Below are positions 26,066 through 34,636 of a stretch of 64,000 nt of DNA, piece after piece. This stretch comes from Dehalococcoidia bacterium. Lineage in GTDB: Bacteria; Chloroflexota; Dehalococcoidia; DSTF01; WHTK01. Under the pieces are notes generated by a model that was not told where the DNA came from, did not search any database, and was given only the letters and a program-made list of their open reading frames with translations. The translations under genes and the position numbers were made by a program. Every line of letters begins with the position of its first letter. Position 1 is the first letter of the stretch. The stretch is from NCBI GenBank assembly GCA_009377745.1, contig WHTK01000003.1, forward strand, positions 2,568-66,567, given 5' to 3'.

Positions 26066-28096
26066 TTAGTGCAGCGCAGCGCCGGCGATTTCTTGCCCCT
26101 GATTACGGAAGCCATCCCAATTGCGCATGCCCTTCCATTCCCAGTAGATGCGGGAGGGATCGGCCACCTTGTAGGTGTTGTGGTCGAAGCGGTTGCCGCC
26201 GTTGAACATGGCGTCCGCCTGGTAGTCCGCGGCCGCGCCACTCATGCCGCGCGTCCCCAGATACACGATCTGGTTGTGATGGACGTAGTTGCCGGTGGTC
26301 AGGTGCGGGCCGTGGGCGCCGGAGCCGCGGTTCTGCTGCACCAGACCGATGCCGTTACCGTAGCTGGCCGACACTTCGACCTTGTTGTTGTAGATCTCAA
26401 CATTGCGCGACCCGGCGACCAGGATCTGGGCGCCCCAGAGCCAGGCAGACTGATCTGACCCGTTCAGCCGCGACACGTTGTTCTTGATCACGGCGTCATA
26501 GCTGATCTCGTGGAAGATGCCTATGCCTTCATTGCTGAAGACCGTATTGTCGTCATACGTGGTGTGGATGTTGTCGATGTCCGTCCAGAGGCCCGGACCT
26601 TTGTTGTGATGGACGCTGTTGCCGCGGACGACGAGCCTTGTGGTGAGGACGAACTTTGTGCCACCGGCCTCCCAGCCGGAGTTGAAGCCGGCGGTGTTGT
26701 TGTAAGCGATCTCATTGCCTTCGATGAGGACGTCCGCGCCCTCACCGGCGATGCCGATCTGGCCGTTGTGGTGGATGTTGTTGTTGATGGCCTTCATCTG
26801 GGAGCCGGTGCGCAGGCCGGCGCCGTGATTGAAGCGGATATCGTTGTCCTGCACGACCCAGCCACTGCTTAGAGCGCCGTTTGTCCCGTCCTTGGCCTGA
26901 ATAGCGCCATGCTGAGCCGGGTTCGCGTATTTTTCGATGACGAGGCCACGGATCGTGACGTTCTTTGCCTTACCGACGAAGGCGTGGCGCGTGACGCTCG
27001 CCTCCACCTTGTGGCCCGTTGGGTTATCGGCCATGTAGATCCTGTCCTTGGCGTAATCGAAGTACCATTCTCCGGCGGAAAGGCCGCTCAGGCTCGTTAC
27101 CTGCCACAGCGGTTGATCATCGATGAAAAGGCCCTCCGGGTACATACAACCCGTGTAGCCGGAGACACAGGCGCCGTGCGTCTGGCCCTGCTGCGTCTGG
27201 CCGGTTGCCACCCAGTAGCTGCCCGACCTTGTAAACGAGACCAGCTTGGCGCCACTGAGGACCGCGCCGGACTCGCCCACAAAGCTCTGTCCGTCCTTGG
27301 GTGTCACCTGCTGCAGCCGATGGACGCCGGGCTTGAGGACAAATGTGGCGCCTGTAGGATTCGCGTTGACGGCCGACTGAATGTTAGCGCCAGGCTGAAT
27401 GACCACGCCGGACGTTGATGGCGGGGCGGGCGACGGAGATGGGGTGGGTGTTGGGCTGGGGCTCGGCTTGGGAGCCGGGCTGGGCGGCGGAGTGGGGGTC
27501 GGGCTTGGCTTAGGGGCGGGAGGTTGGACCGGTGGCGTCGTACCACCCACTCTGGTGCCATCGTCGATCGTCGAGAAATCGGCCACCCAGTAGTAGTCGT
27601 AGCGTGAAGGGCCGAAGTAGGCGCGCGCGATGCCGATCTGGCGGTAAGACTTGCTCAGCATTGCGCCCCTGGCGCTGCTGGAGCTCCCCCAGCTGTTAAA
27701 GACCTGCGTAGCGCTGCTCCAGCTTGTGCTTGCCCCGATAATCTCGGCGGTGAGCGCATTGGATGGCAGGCCGCAGTCCTGCATCCGTGTCCGCGAAGAT
27801 CGCTTCAGTGAGTCCTTATGGGAGAAGTAGTTCCTGCGGGACATATCGTTGGCCAGCCAGGATGCCGAGCGGTGGAGGTTGGCGGAGATGGTGAGCGCCG
27901 GGGCGCCAGTCTGTGCCCGATAGCTGTTGATGAGGCTGAGCAGCTCCTCCTCCTCGTCGTCGAAATTGAGGTATACATCGCAGTTGTTGAGGGCGTAGGC
28001 AGTATCAAAGCCGCCGCGACTAACGGTGCTTGAAGCGAGCATGATGATTGCGAGGCTGAGGGCACCGAGGGCACGGGGGAGCGCAGATCTGGGCAT
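26066..28096 (-). CDS. secreted CAP (SCP/PR-1) domain protein fused via Pro-rich linker to a right-handed beta-helix domain
   Basis: Signal peptide; CAP motifs LINSYRAQ...HRSASWLANDMS...YFSHKD...YWVADFS. PSPTPTPPPSPAPKPSP linker. The beta-helix half is highly similar to the 17930-19378 protein, including the C-terminal WEW.GMR.WD.F..QGQE. Confidence 0.65.
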   Translation of the reverse strand: MPRSALPRALGALSLAIIMLASSTVSRGGFDTAYALNNCDVYLNFDDEEEELLSLINSYRAQTGAPALTISANLHRSASWLANDMSRRNYFSHKDSLKRSSRTRMQDCGLPSNALTAEIIGASTSWSSATQVFNSWGSSSSARGAMLSKSYRQIGIARAYFGPSRYDYYWVADFSTIDDGTRVGGTTPPVQPPAPKPSPTPTPPPSPAPKPSPSPTPTPSPSPAPPSTSGVVIQPGANIQSAVNANPTGATFVLKPGVHRLQQVTPKDGQSFVGESGAVLSGAKLVSFTRSGSYWVATGQTQQGQTHGACVSGYTGCMYPEGLFIDDQPLWQVTSLSGLSAGEWYFDYAKDRIYMADNPTGHKVEASVTRHAFVGKAKNVTIRGLVIEKYANPAQHGAIQAKDGTNGALSSGWVVQDNDIRFNHGAGLRTGSQMKAINNNIHHNGQIGIAGEGADVLIEGNEIAYNNTAGFNSGWEAGGTKFVLTTRLVVRGNSVHHNKGPGLWTDIDNIHTTYDDNTVFSNEGIGIFHEISYDAVIKNNVSRLNGSDQSAWLWGAQILVAGSRNVEIYNNKVEVSASYGNGIGLVQQNRGSGAHGPHLTTGNYVHHNQIVYLGTRGMSGAAADYQADAMFNGGNRFDHNTYKVADPSRIYWEWKGMRNWDGFRNQGQEIAGAALH

Positions 28097-28400
28097 GAAT
28101 CACCTTTGTCCAGTGGTCTAGGGCGGGGTAAGCGGGTGAAATATTGGGGACAGGCTGTTCGCCTGGCAGGTTACATTTGAGACAGAGCCCCTTTGGCGAG
28201 GAGGCCGATCCGCAGCGATCCAGGCGAAAGCCGGCCAAAGGGCAAACCGTGACGAAAAACCTGAGCTAAGATTTGGCCCAATGAGATTACAATTCCCTGC
28301 ATTACAAATGAAGAGTCGTCATGGTAGACGGCACTCTTTAGGGTAAAAACATTACAGAATCAGGGTCTGCCCTGACCGTTACAAGGGGAACCGGGGATTC

Positions 28401-28443
28401 TCTTTGCAATATGAAGAGCGACAGCGCTATAGCGCTGTCGCTC
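28401..28443 (-). terminator. candidate intrinsic terminator downstream of the GME gene
   Basis: Perfect 12-bp palindrome GAGCGACAGCGC-TATA-GCGCTGTCGCTC followed on the minus strand by TTCATATTGC, about 25 nt after the GME stop. Confidence 0.35.
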
Positions 28444-28468
28444 TTCAAGCCTGCGAAGCGCCTCGGCG

Positions 28469-29455
28469 CTAGGTGTAAGACATGACTTTCTCTGTGCTCA
28501 ACACCTGCTGCTCGATCCACTCATAGGTGCGGCCCAACCCCTCCTCAAGCGAGATCTTAGGTTCCCAATTGAGGACCTCGCGCAGCAGCGTGTTGTCGGA
28601 GTTGCGGCCGCGGACCCCCTCCGGCCCGACGACGTGCTTCTTGGCGACTTCCAGGCCGGCGATTCCGCCGATGATGTCCGCGAGCTCGTTGATACTGATC
28701 ATCCGGTCCTGACCGAGATTGATCGGTTCTTGCCAGGCGGATTGCATCAGCAGCACGAGGCCCGTAATGCAGTCGTCGATGTAGCAGAAGGACCGCGTCT
28801 GCTCGCCATCGCCCCAGATCTCGATTTCGGAGTTGGCGGCTCGCTTTGCCACGGCGATCTTGCGGCAAAGGGCGGCCGGGGCCTTCTCGCGTCCACCATC
28901 CCAGGTGCCCAAGGGGCCGAAGATGTTGTGGAACCGGACGATGCGGGTGTCCATGCCGTAGTCCTGGCGGTAGTGCATACAGAGCCGCTCCGTGACCAGC
29001 TTCTCCCAGCCGTAGGCATCCTGCGGCTGGGCAGGGTAGGCGTCCGCTTCCTTGAGGGGCGCAACGTCTGTGCCTTCCTGGAGGTACTCCGGGTAAATAC
29101 AGGCTGACGACGTGTAGAGCAGCTTGCCCACGCCCTTCTGACGGGCGGCCTCCAGCGTGTGAAGATTGATCAAGGCGTTGTTGTGGAGAATTTCGGCATG
29201 GTGGGCGGAGATGAAGCCCATGCCGCCCATATCGGCCGCTAGCGCCCACACCTCGTCCATTCCGTCTGCCGCCGTCAGGTTGTTCTCCCAGACACGCAGG
29301 TCAAGCTGGAGGAACTCGTCGGCGCGGGTGTCTTGAAACTGCGGCAGCTTGATGTCCACACCGCGGACGAAGTAGCCGTCGTCTTTGAGACGGTTGACGA
29401 GATGGTGGCCGATGAAGCCACCGGCGCCCGTTACAAGTGCACGTCTTGCGGTCAT
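28469..29455 (-). CDS. GDP-mannose 3,5-epimerase-like NAD-dependent epimerase (GME family)
   Basis: Collinear motifs with plant/bacterial GME: GAGGFIGHH, LAADMGGMGFI, SSACIYPE, QDAYGWEKL, RFHNIFGP.GTW.GGREKAPAA.CRK, GPEGVRGRNSDN. Confidence 0.75.
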   Translation of the reverse strand: MTARRALVTGAGGFIGHHLVNRLKDDGYFVRGVDIKLPQFQDTRADEFLQLDLRVWENNLTAADGMDEVWALAADMGGMGFISAHHAEILHNNALINLHTLEAARQKGVGKLLYTSSACIYPEYLQEGTDVAPLKEADAYPAQPQDAYGWEKLVTERLCMHYRQDYGMDTRIVRFHNIFGPLGTWDGGREKAPAALCRKIAVAKRAANSEIEIWGDGEQTRSFCYIDDCITGLVLLMQSAWQEPINLGQDRMISINELADIIGGIAGLEVAKKHVVGPEGVRGRNSDNTLLREVLNWEPKISLEEGLGRTYEWIEQQVLSTEKVMSYT

Positions 29456-29503
29456 ATGGATTAGTCTCCTCGAAATTCTGTTTTGTTGGTTGCGGGGGTT
29501 TAT

Positions 29504-30163
29504 TTAGTAGGCGCCGTCACCTGTGAGGACAGCGGGGATGGTCTTGAGAAGAATCCTGGCGTCCATGAGGAATGAACGCTTCTCCGCGTACTCGAGATCG
29601 AGGCGGAGCATTTCTTCAAAGGAGAGGTTGCTGCGCCCGCTGACCTGCCACAGACCGGTAAGCCCGGGCCGGACGCTGGCGCGAAGCTCCATCTGTTCCT
29701 TCAGGCCTTCGATCTCCCAGCCGAGGAGAGGGCGCGGCCCAACGAGACTCATATCGCCCCGGACTACATTCATTAGTTGCGGCAGCTCATCCAGGCTGTA
29801 GCGGCGCAGGATGCGGCCGCTGCGCGTAATGCGCGGGTCGACGTTGCGCTTCTGGAGCGGGCCAAAGCCGGCCTCACGAAGCACCTCCGCCGGGATCTTG
29901 TCACTGCCTTCGCGCATGGTCCGGAACTTCAGCATCGTGAAGGGAGACATGTCTCTGCCGGGCCGCTGCTGGCGGAAGAGGATTGTGCCGGGCGAGTCAA
30001 GGCGGATAAATAGCGCGATAGCGGCCATGATCGGCGACAGGGCGGCGAGCAGGAAGCCGGCCCCGCAGATGTCCACGATCCTTTTCACGGCATCCTGCAG
30101 CGGCTTTGGACGGGTGGGTTGACGCAGGAGAATGATCTCTTCCATCGCTGTCTCGCTACTCAT
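29504..30163 (-). CDS. polyprenyl-phosphate sugar-1-phosphate transferase (bacterial sugar transferase family; priming glycosyltransferase)
   Basis: KRIVDI..A...L..SP.......IRLDSPG...FRQQR.G......MLKFRTM....D...........D.R.T..G..LR..SLDELPQL.NV..GDMSLVGPRP is the Bac_transf C-terminal catalytic core. One TM helix. Confidence 0.8.
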   Translation of the reverse strand: MSSETAMEEIILLRQPTRPKPLQDAVKRIVDICGAGFLLAALSPIMAAIALFIRLDSPGTILFRQQRPGRDMSPFTMLKFRTMREGSDKIPAEVLREAGFGPLQKRNVDPRITRSGRILRRYSLDELPQLMNVVRGDMSLVGPRPLLGWEIEGLKEQMELRASVRPGLTGLWQVSGRSNLSFEEMLRLDLEYAEKRSFLMDARILLKTIPAVLTGDGAY

Positions 30164-31085
30164 CTGAGAAAGCGCCTATCGTCTCTTCGAGACCGCTGCG
30201 AAGGCTTCTATGTGGTTCCCAGCCGAAACGCTCCCGCACGCGTGTGATGTCAGGACAGCGCCGGTATGGGTCGTCCACGGCTGCCGGTAGGAAGTCGTAC
30301 TTCGCCTCGACACCGAGCAGCGACGCGACGGTCTCCGCCAGCTCGATCATAGTAACCTCTTCCGGGTTGCCGAGGTTGAACACCTCCCCGTTAGCGCTGG
30401 AGTCCTGAGCGACCTTCAATAGACCATCGACAAGGTCCGAGACGAAGCAGAAGGAGCGCGTCTGCTGGCCCGTCCCCTGAATCGGGAACGGCTTGCCGCT
30501 CAACCCGGCGCCGATGAATGCCGGGATCACGCGGCCATCCAGCGGGTCCATGCGCGGGCCGTAGGTATTGAAAATCCGCACGATGCCGACGTTGGCCCCG
30601 CGCGTCCGCATCGCCATGGCGAGCGCCTCGCCGAAGCGCTTTCCCTCGTCATAGCAGGATCTCTCGCCGATTGGATTGACGTTGCCCCAGTACGACTCGG
30701 TTTGAGGGTGCTCCAGGGGATCGCCGTAGACCTCTGAGGTGGAGGCGAAGAGGAGCCGCGCATCGGCCTCGATGGCGCGTTCCAGCAGCCGTAATGTCCC
30801 CAATGAGTTGGCGAGGAGGGTTTCGACCGGCTTGGCCCTGTACTGAACGGGGCTGGCAGGCGACGCCAGGTGGAGCACGAAATCGGCCTCGAAGGGCGGC
30901 GGGGCCGTGACGTCTGCCTGGACGAATCGGAAGTTAGGCCGGCCGGTCAGGTGGGCAACGTTGCGCTCGCGGCCGGTCAGGAGGTTGTCAAGGCAAAGGA
31001 CCTCGTGCCCCTGCGCCACCAGCGTCGTGCAAACGTGGCTGCCGATGAAGCCGGCGCCACCGGCGACAACGAAACGCGTTGTCAC
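30156..31085 (-). CDS. UDP-glucuronate decarboxylase (UDP-xylose synthase)
   Basis: GGAGFIGSH, DNLLTGR..N, ASPASP, STSEVYGDP..HPQ.E.YWG.VNPIG.R.CYDEGKR, RIFNTYGPRM...DGRV match UXS. 4-nt overlap with ugd. Confidence 0.85.
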   Translation of the reverse strand: MTTRFVVAGGAGFIGSHVCTTLVAQGHEVLCLDNLLTGRERNVAHLTGRPNFRFVQADVTAPPPFEADFVLHLASPASPVQYRAKPVETLLANSLGTLRLLERAIEADARLLFASTSEVYGDPLEHPQTESYWGNVNPIGERSCYDEGKRFGEALAMAMRTRGANVGIVRIFNTYGPRMDPLDGRVIPAFIGAGLSGKPFPIQGTGQQTRSFCFVSDLVDGLLKVAQDSSANGEVFNLGNPEEVTMIELAETVASLLGVEAKYDFLPAAVDDPYRRCPDITRVRERFGWEPHRSLRSGLEETIGAFSDE

Positions 31086-32443
31086 GGCTGGCTGACGCTC
31101 GCGTGGAACTGGCCTTCGTGAGTGATCGGCCGGCCCATACCCTGATAGATGCCGCCGACGGCCTCGACATGCTCCCGCTTGAGAATGTTGCGGCCGTCAT
31201 AAACATAGCGTCCCGGCATGCTGGCGAGTACTTCGGCGAAGTCGACCTGAGTGAACTCGGGCCAATCCGTCAGGACAGCAAGGGCATCGGCGCCCTTGAC
31301 CGCATCAATGGCATCTTCGGAGAGCAGGACAGCGTCCTCCAGGTCACCGTCGGTGACCTGTGATGGGTCGTAGGCCTGAATCCGCGCGCCCTCGTTCTGG
31401 AGCAGCCGGATCACATCGAGCGCCGGTGACTCGCGCAGGTCCTCGCTGCCGCCCTTGAACGTGATGCCCCAAACGGCGATAGTCCGGCCCTCCAGGGTGC
31501 CCAACGCCTGGCGCAGGCACTGGACGGCGTGCCGGCGCTGGCCAAGGTTTATTTCCTGGACGGAGGAGAGCAAGCGCATTGAGATGCCGGCCGAATCGCC
31601 CGTGTAACAGAGCGCGGCGACGTCCTTCGGGAGGCAGCTGCCGCCATAGCCGATGCCGGGCTTGAAGAAGTGCTGGCCAATCCTGGGGTCCATGCCGGCC
31701 CCCGTCACGATGGGGTCGACGTCCAGATTGAGCGCCTCGCAGAGACGGGCGATCTCGTTGACGAACGAGACGCGCGTCGCCAGATAAGCGTTCGATACGT
31801 ACTTGATCATCTCGGCGGAGCGCAGGTCCGTCATGACCAGGGGAGCATCGATGCCCTCGTAGAGCTGGGCGACGGCCTGGGCGTTCACCTCGGAGTCGGC
31901 CCCAATCACGATCCGATCAGGGTGGAAGAAGTCGTAGACCGCGCTGCCTTCGCGGAGAAACTCGGGGTTGGCGACTATGCCGGAGTGGCCGTTGTCCTGG
32001 GTGATGAAGGTGCTGAGGATGGCATCGATCCTCTCCCCCGTACCGATGGGAGAGGTGCTCTTATTGATGATGATGGGCTGGCGGCCCCTCGTCGCAAGCT
32101 CTTCGCCCAGGGCGGCCGCGGCCATGCGGACGTAGCGAATGTCCGGCGCGCCGGTGGCAGTGGGCGGCGTGTTCACGCAAAGGAAGACGAACTTTGCCTC
32201 GCGCAGCGCGTCCGTGTAGGAAGTTGTGAAGGTCAGCCTGCCTTCAGCAAGCATCTGGGAGGTGAGTTCGGGAAGGCCGCGTTCGAGGAAGGGGACCGAG
32301 CCACGCGATAGCTGTTGGACGAGGTCAGGATTCTTATCGATACCGACGACCTGATGGCCAAGGCTCGCCATACCGGCGGCCGTGACCAGACCAACGTGGC
32401 CGCAGCCTACAACGGCAATGGAGGATGGAGGGCAAGCCTGCAT
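31082..32443 (-). CDS. ugd: UDP-glucose 6-dehydrogenase
   Basis: IAVVGCGHVGL N-terminal NAD motif; GGSCLPKD catalytic Cys motif. The start is placed at the second ATG, which has a GAGGAA RBS. Confidence 0.85.
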   Translation of the reverse strand: MQACPPSSIAVVGCGHVGLVTAAGMASLGHQVVGIDKNPDLVQQLSRGSVPFLERGLPELTSQMLAEGRLTFTTSYTDALREAKFVFLCVNTPPTATGAPDIRYVRMAAAALGEELATRGRQPIIINKSTSPIGTGERIDAILSTFITQDNGHSGIVANPEFLREGSAVYDFFHPDRIVIGADSEVNAQAVAQLYEGIDAPLVMTDLRSAEMIKYVSNAYLATRVSFVNEIARLCEALNLDVDPIVTGAGMDPRIGQHFFKPGIGYGGSCLPKDVAALCYTGDSAGISMRLLSSVQEINLGQRRHAVQCLRQALGTLEGRTIAVWGITFKGGSEDLRESPALDVIRLLQNEGARIQAYDPSQVTDGDLEDAVLLSEDAIDAVKGADALAVLTDWPEFTQVDFAEVLASMPGRYVYDGRNILKREHVEAVGGIYQGMGRPITHEGQFHASVSQP

Positions 32444-32784
32444 TTCCTCACGGTTCATGGATAGGATCAAGAACAGTGAACCGCGCAGGCAGAGTGGGGG
32501 AATAACCTACTTGAACAGCAAAGCTTCATCGGGGACCGCCTCCTTGCATCCGGACTGCCGATAGAAACGGACTTAACCCGGCTCCCAGCGCTTATAGTTC
32601 GTCAACTTTATCGATGTTCATCTGTCAAAATTGATGCAAGCCCTGTTTTGGCATTGCGAAGGTGTAACGGAACCGGCCGCAGGCGTGCCGGGACTCTCTA
32701 CGGGCGACGAGAATGTAACTTGTGACGGACACGGGCCTACCGGCTGGGCATGCCCTTGCGGGGCCCAACCGGCCCAGGGCATAT

Positions 32785-32840
32785 TTGACCTCCCAGGTAA
32801 CGATCCGTACAGTCAGAACGATCCTACAGTCAAGGAGAGA
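32785..32840 (+). promoter_or_regulatory. candidate promoter plus tandem 16-nt direct repeat immediately upstream of the wzz-like gene
   Basis: TTGACC-17-TACAGT, then AACGATCCGTACAGTCA / AACGATCC-TACAGTCA direct repeat, then AAGGAGAG RBS. Confidence 0.3.
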
Positions 32841-32842
32841 CG

Positions 32843-34270
32843 ATGGAGTTCAGAGATTACGTCGGCTTTCTTAGCCGCCGCTGGCTGCTTTTGCTGCTCA
32901 TCCCCGCGACCGCGCTCATCGTGACGTATCTGTGGTCGCGACAGCTGACGCCGATATATGAGTCCACGGCAACGGTGCTGCTGGTAAACCAGGTCCAACC
33001 GGATGCGGTGACGTCCCAGGTCAATGACCTGCTAATCGACGAACGGCTCATTCAGACTTACGTTGAGCTGATCGAGCGCCGTCCCGTCCTCGCTGCTGTG
33101 GTGCAGGAGCTTTCTTTGCCCATGACAGCAGAGGAGCTGGCAGAGCAAATATCGGTGGCGAATGACGTGCAAACGCAGATCATCCGCATTACTGCGCATG
33201 ACAGTAACGCCTCCCTGGCGGCGGACATGGCCAACACGACGACGGCTGTATTCATCGAGCAAACGGAGACTGACATTGGCCGGCCCGGGACCGTGCGCGT
33301 TGCCGAGCCGGCGGTGGCCGCAAGGACGCCCGTCGAGCCGAATCTGCCCTTGAATCTGATCCTTGCCGGCTTCGTCAGTTTGATTGTCAGTATCGGCCTG
33401 GGGCTTGTCCTGAACTACCTCGATAGCACAGCCAGAAGCCCGGAAGACGTCCAGGCCGCGTCCGGTCTACCTCTACTCGGCATGGTTTATCGCGTCCGCC
33501 TGCGGCCGCGGCAGGGGATGGAGGACTTCGGATTATGGGCGCTCGCGGAGGACTATCGCGGCCTGCGCGCGAAGCTCGATTCGGCGCGGCAGCACTCGGG
33601 CCTCAAGTCCTTACTGATCGTGAGCGAGAATGCAGGTGAGGGGCGCTCGATTACAGCGGCGAACCTGGCGTTGTCCCTCGCCCAGGCTGGCGAGAATGTG
33701 GTCCTGGTGGACGCTGATTTGAGACGGCCTCACCTGCACGAGCTCTTCCAGGTACCAAACGCGGCCGGGCTCGCCGCCGTACTCAATGGACTCACCGGCT
33801 TCACGGAAGCGCTGGAGACCACACGCTTTGAGAACCTGATGTTGTTGCCGGCGGGCACGCCGCAGCCGAACCAGGCGGAGAAGCTCTCCTCCAGAATGAT
33901 GGCGGAGCTGATAGAGCACCTGACGGGCTCGGGCGACATTATCATCTTTGATTCGCCGCCGATGTCCGCCTTCGCCGACGCGAGCATCCTCGCCGCAAAG
34001 GTGGACGCTTCAATTCTGGTCGTCGAATCGCGCCGGACCAGGGCGAGCGAGATCCGCCAGTCGGTCGAGAGATTGAGCGGGGCCAAGGGTGGCATTATCG
34101 GCGTTGTGGTCAACAAGGTACGCGGCCGTCGCGACGGGAGGCCCTATCAGCATTGGCGCCAGAGCAGCCGCGGCACGGACGCCCAGACGCCGGCGCGGGC
34201 GCCGGCCACGCGCCGTTTTCGAAGGAATGAATCACGCGCCGTTGGCTCCCCCCAGGAAGAGAAACTCTGA
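32843..34270 (+). CDS. polysaccharide co-polymerase (Wzz-like) fused to CpsD/BY-kinase-like P-loop ATPase domain; Walker A Lys replaced by Arg
   Basis: N-terminal TM helix plus periplasmic Wzz-like region, then a second TM helix. Walker A-like VSENAGEGRSI, Walker A' VVLVDADLRRP, Walker B DIIIFDSPP. No C-terminal Tyr cluster. Confidence 0.7.
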   Translation: MEFRDYVGFLSRRWLLLLLIPATALIVTYLWSRQLTPIYESTATVLLVNQVQPDAVTSQVNDLLIDERLIQTYVELIERRPVLAAVVQELSLPMTAEELAEQISVANDVQTQIIRITAHDSNASLAADMANTTTAVFIEQTETDIGRPGTVRVAEPAVAARTPVEPNLPLNLILAGFVSLIVSIGLGLVLNYLDSTARSPEDVQAASGLPLLGMVYRVRLRPRQGMEDFGLWALAEDYRGLRAKLDSARQHSGLKSLLIVSENAGEGRSITAANLALSLAQAGENVVLVDADLRRPHLHELFQVPNAAGLAAVLNGLTGFTEALETTRFENLMLLPAGTPQPNQAEKLSSRMMAELIEHLTGSGDIIIFDSPPMSAFADASILAAKVDASILVVESRRTRASEIRQSVERLSGAKGGIIGVVVNKVRGRRDGRPYQHWRQSSRGTDAQTPARAPATRRFRRNESRAVGSPQEEKL

Positions 34271-34636
34271 CGCGTCGCAAAGGGCGCGGCCGGCCTGCCA
34301 ATCTCTCGGGTCGAGGGGAATCTCGGCGTTACAAAGGCCGGCGCTACCCGTCAAACATATCGTTTCAAGGCCGCCACGCTCCTTAATCCCAGCCGAAGAG
34401 AGACGATAACTATTCATGGGCGAAAAGGAGCACAAGACGCTGACGCCACGAGAAGACGAGCTCCTAGCGATGGCGAGCAATCTGGTCCAGATGGCCCGCG
34501 CACTGGAGCGCGAAATTAAGGCCACGCTAGCAGGCGAACAGGAGACCCGGCCGGCGGCACCACGGCCCCGCACACCTTCCTAGGCCGGCATAAGTACCGA
34601 TTCGTGAATTAAGAGCTGGAAGCCGCCGAAGCCTCC

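Noticed and set aside
34416-34583. Possible 55-aa ORF (MGEKEHKTLTPREDELLAMASNLVQMARALEREIKATLAGEQE...) in the gap between the wzz-like gene and sppA
   Set aside because: Weak RBS, below the ORF-track cutoff and no recognisable family. Left uncalled, though a small protein cannot be excluded.
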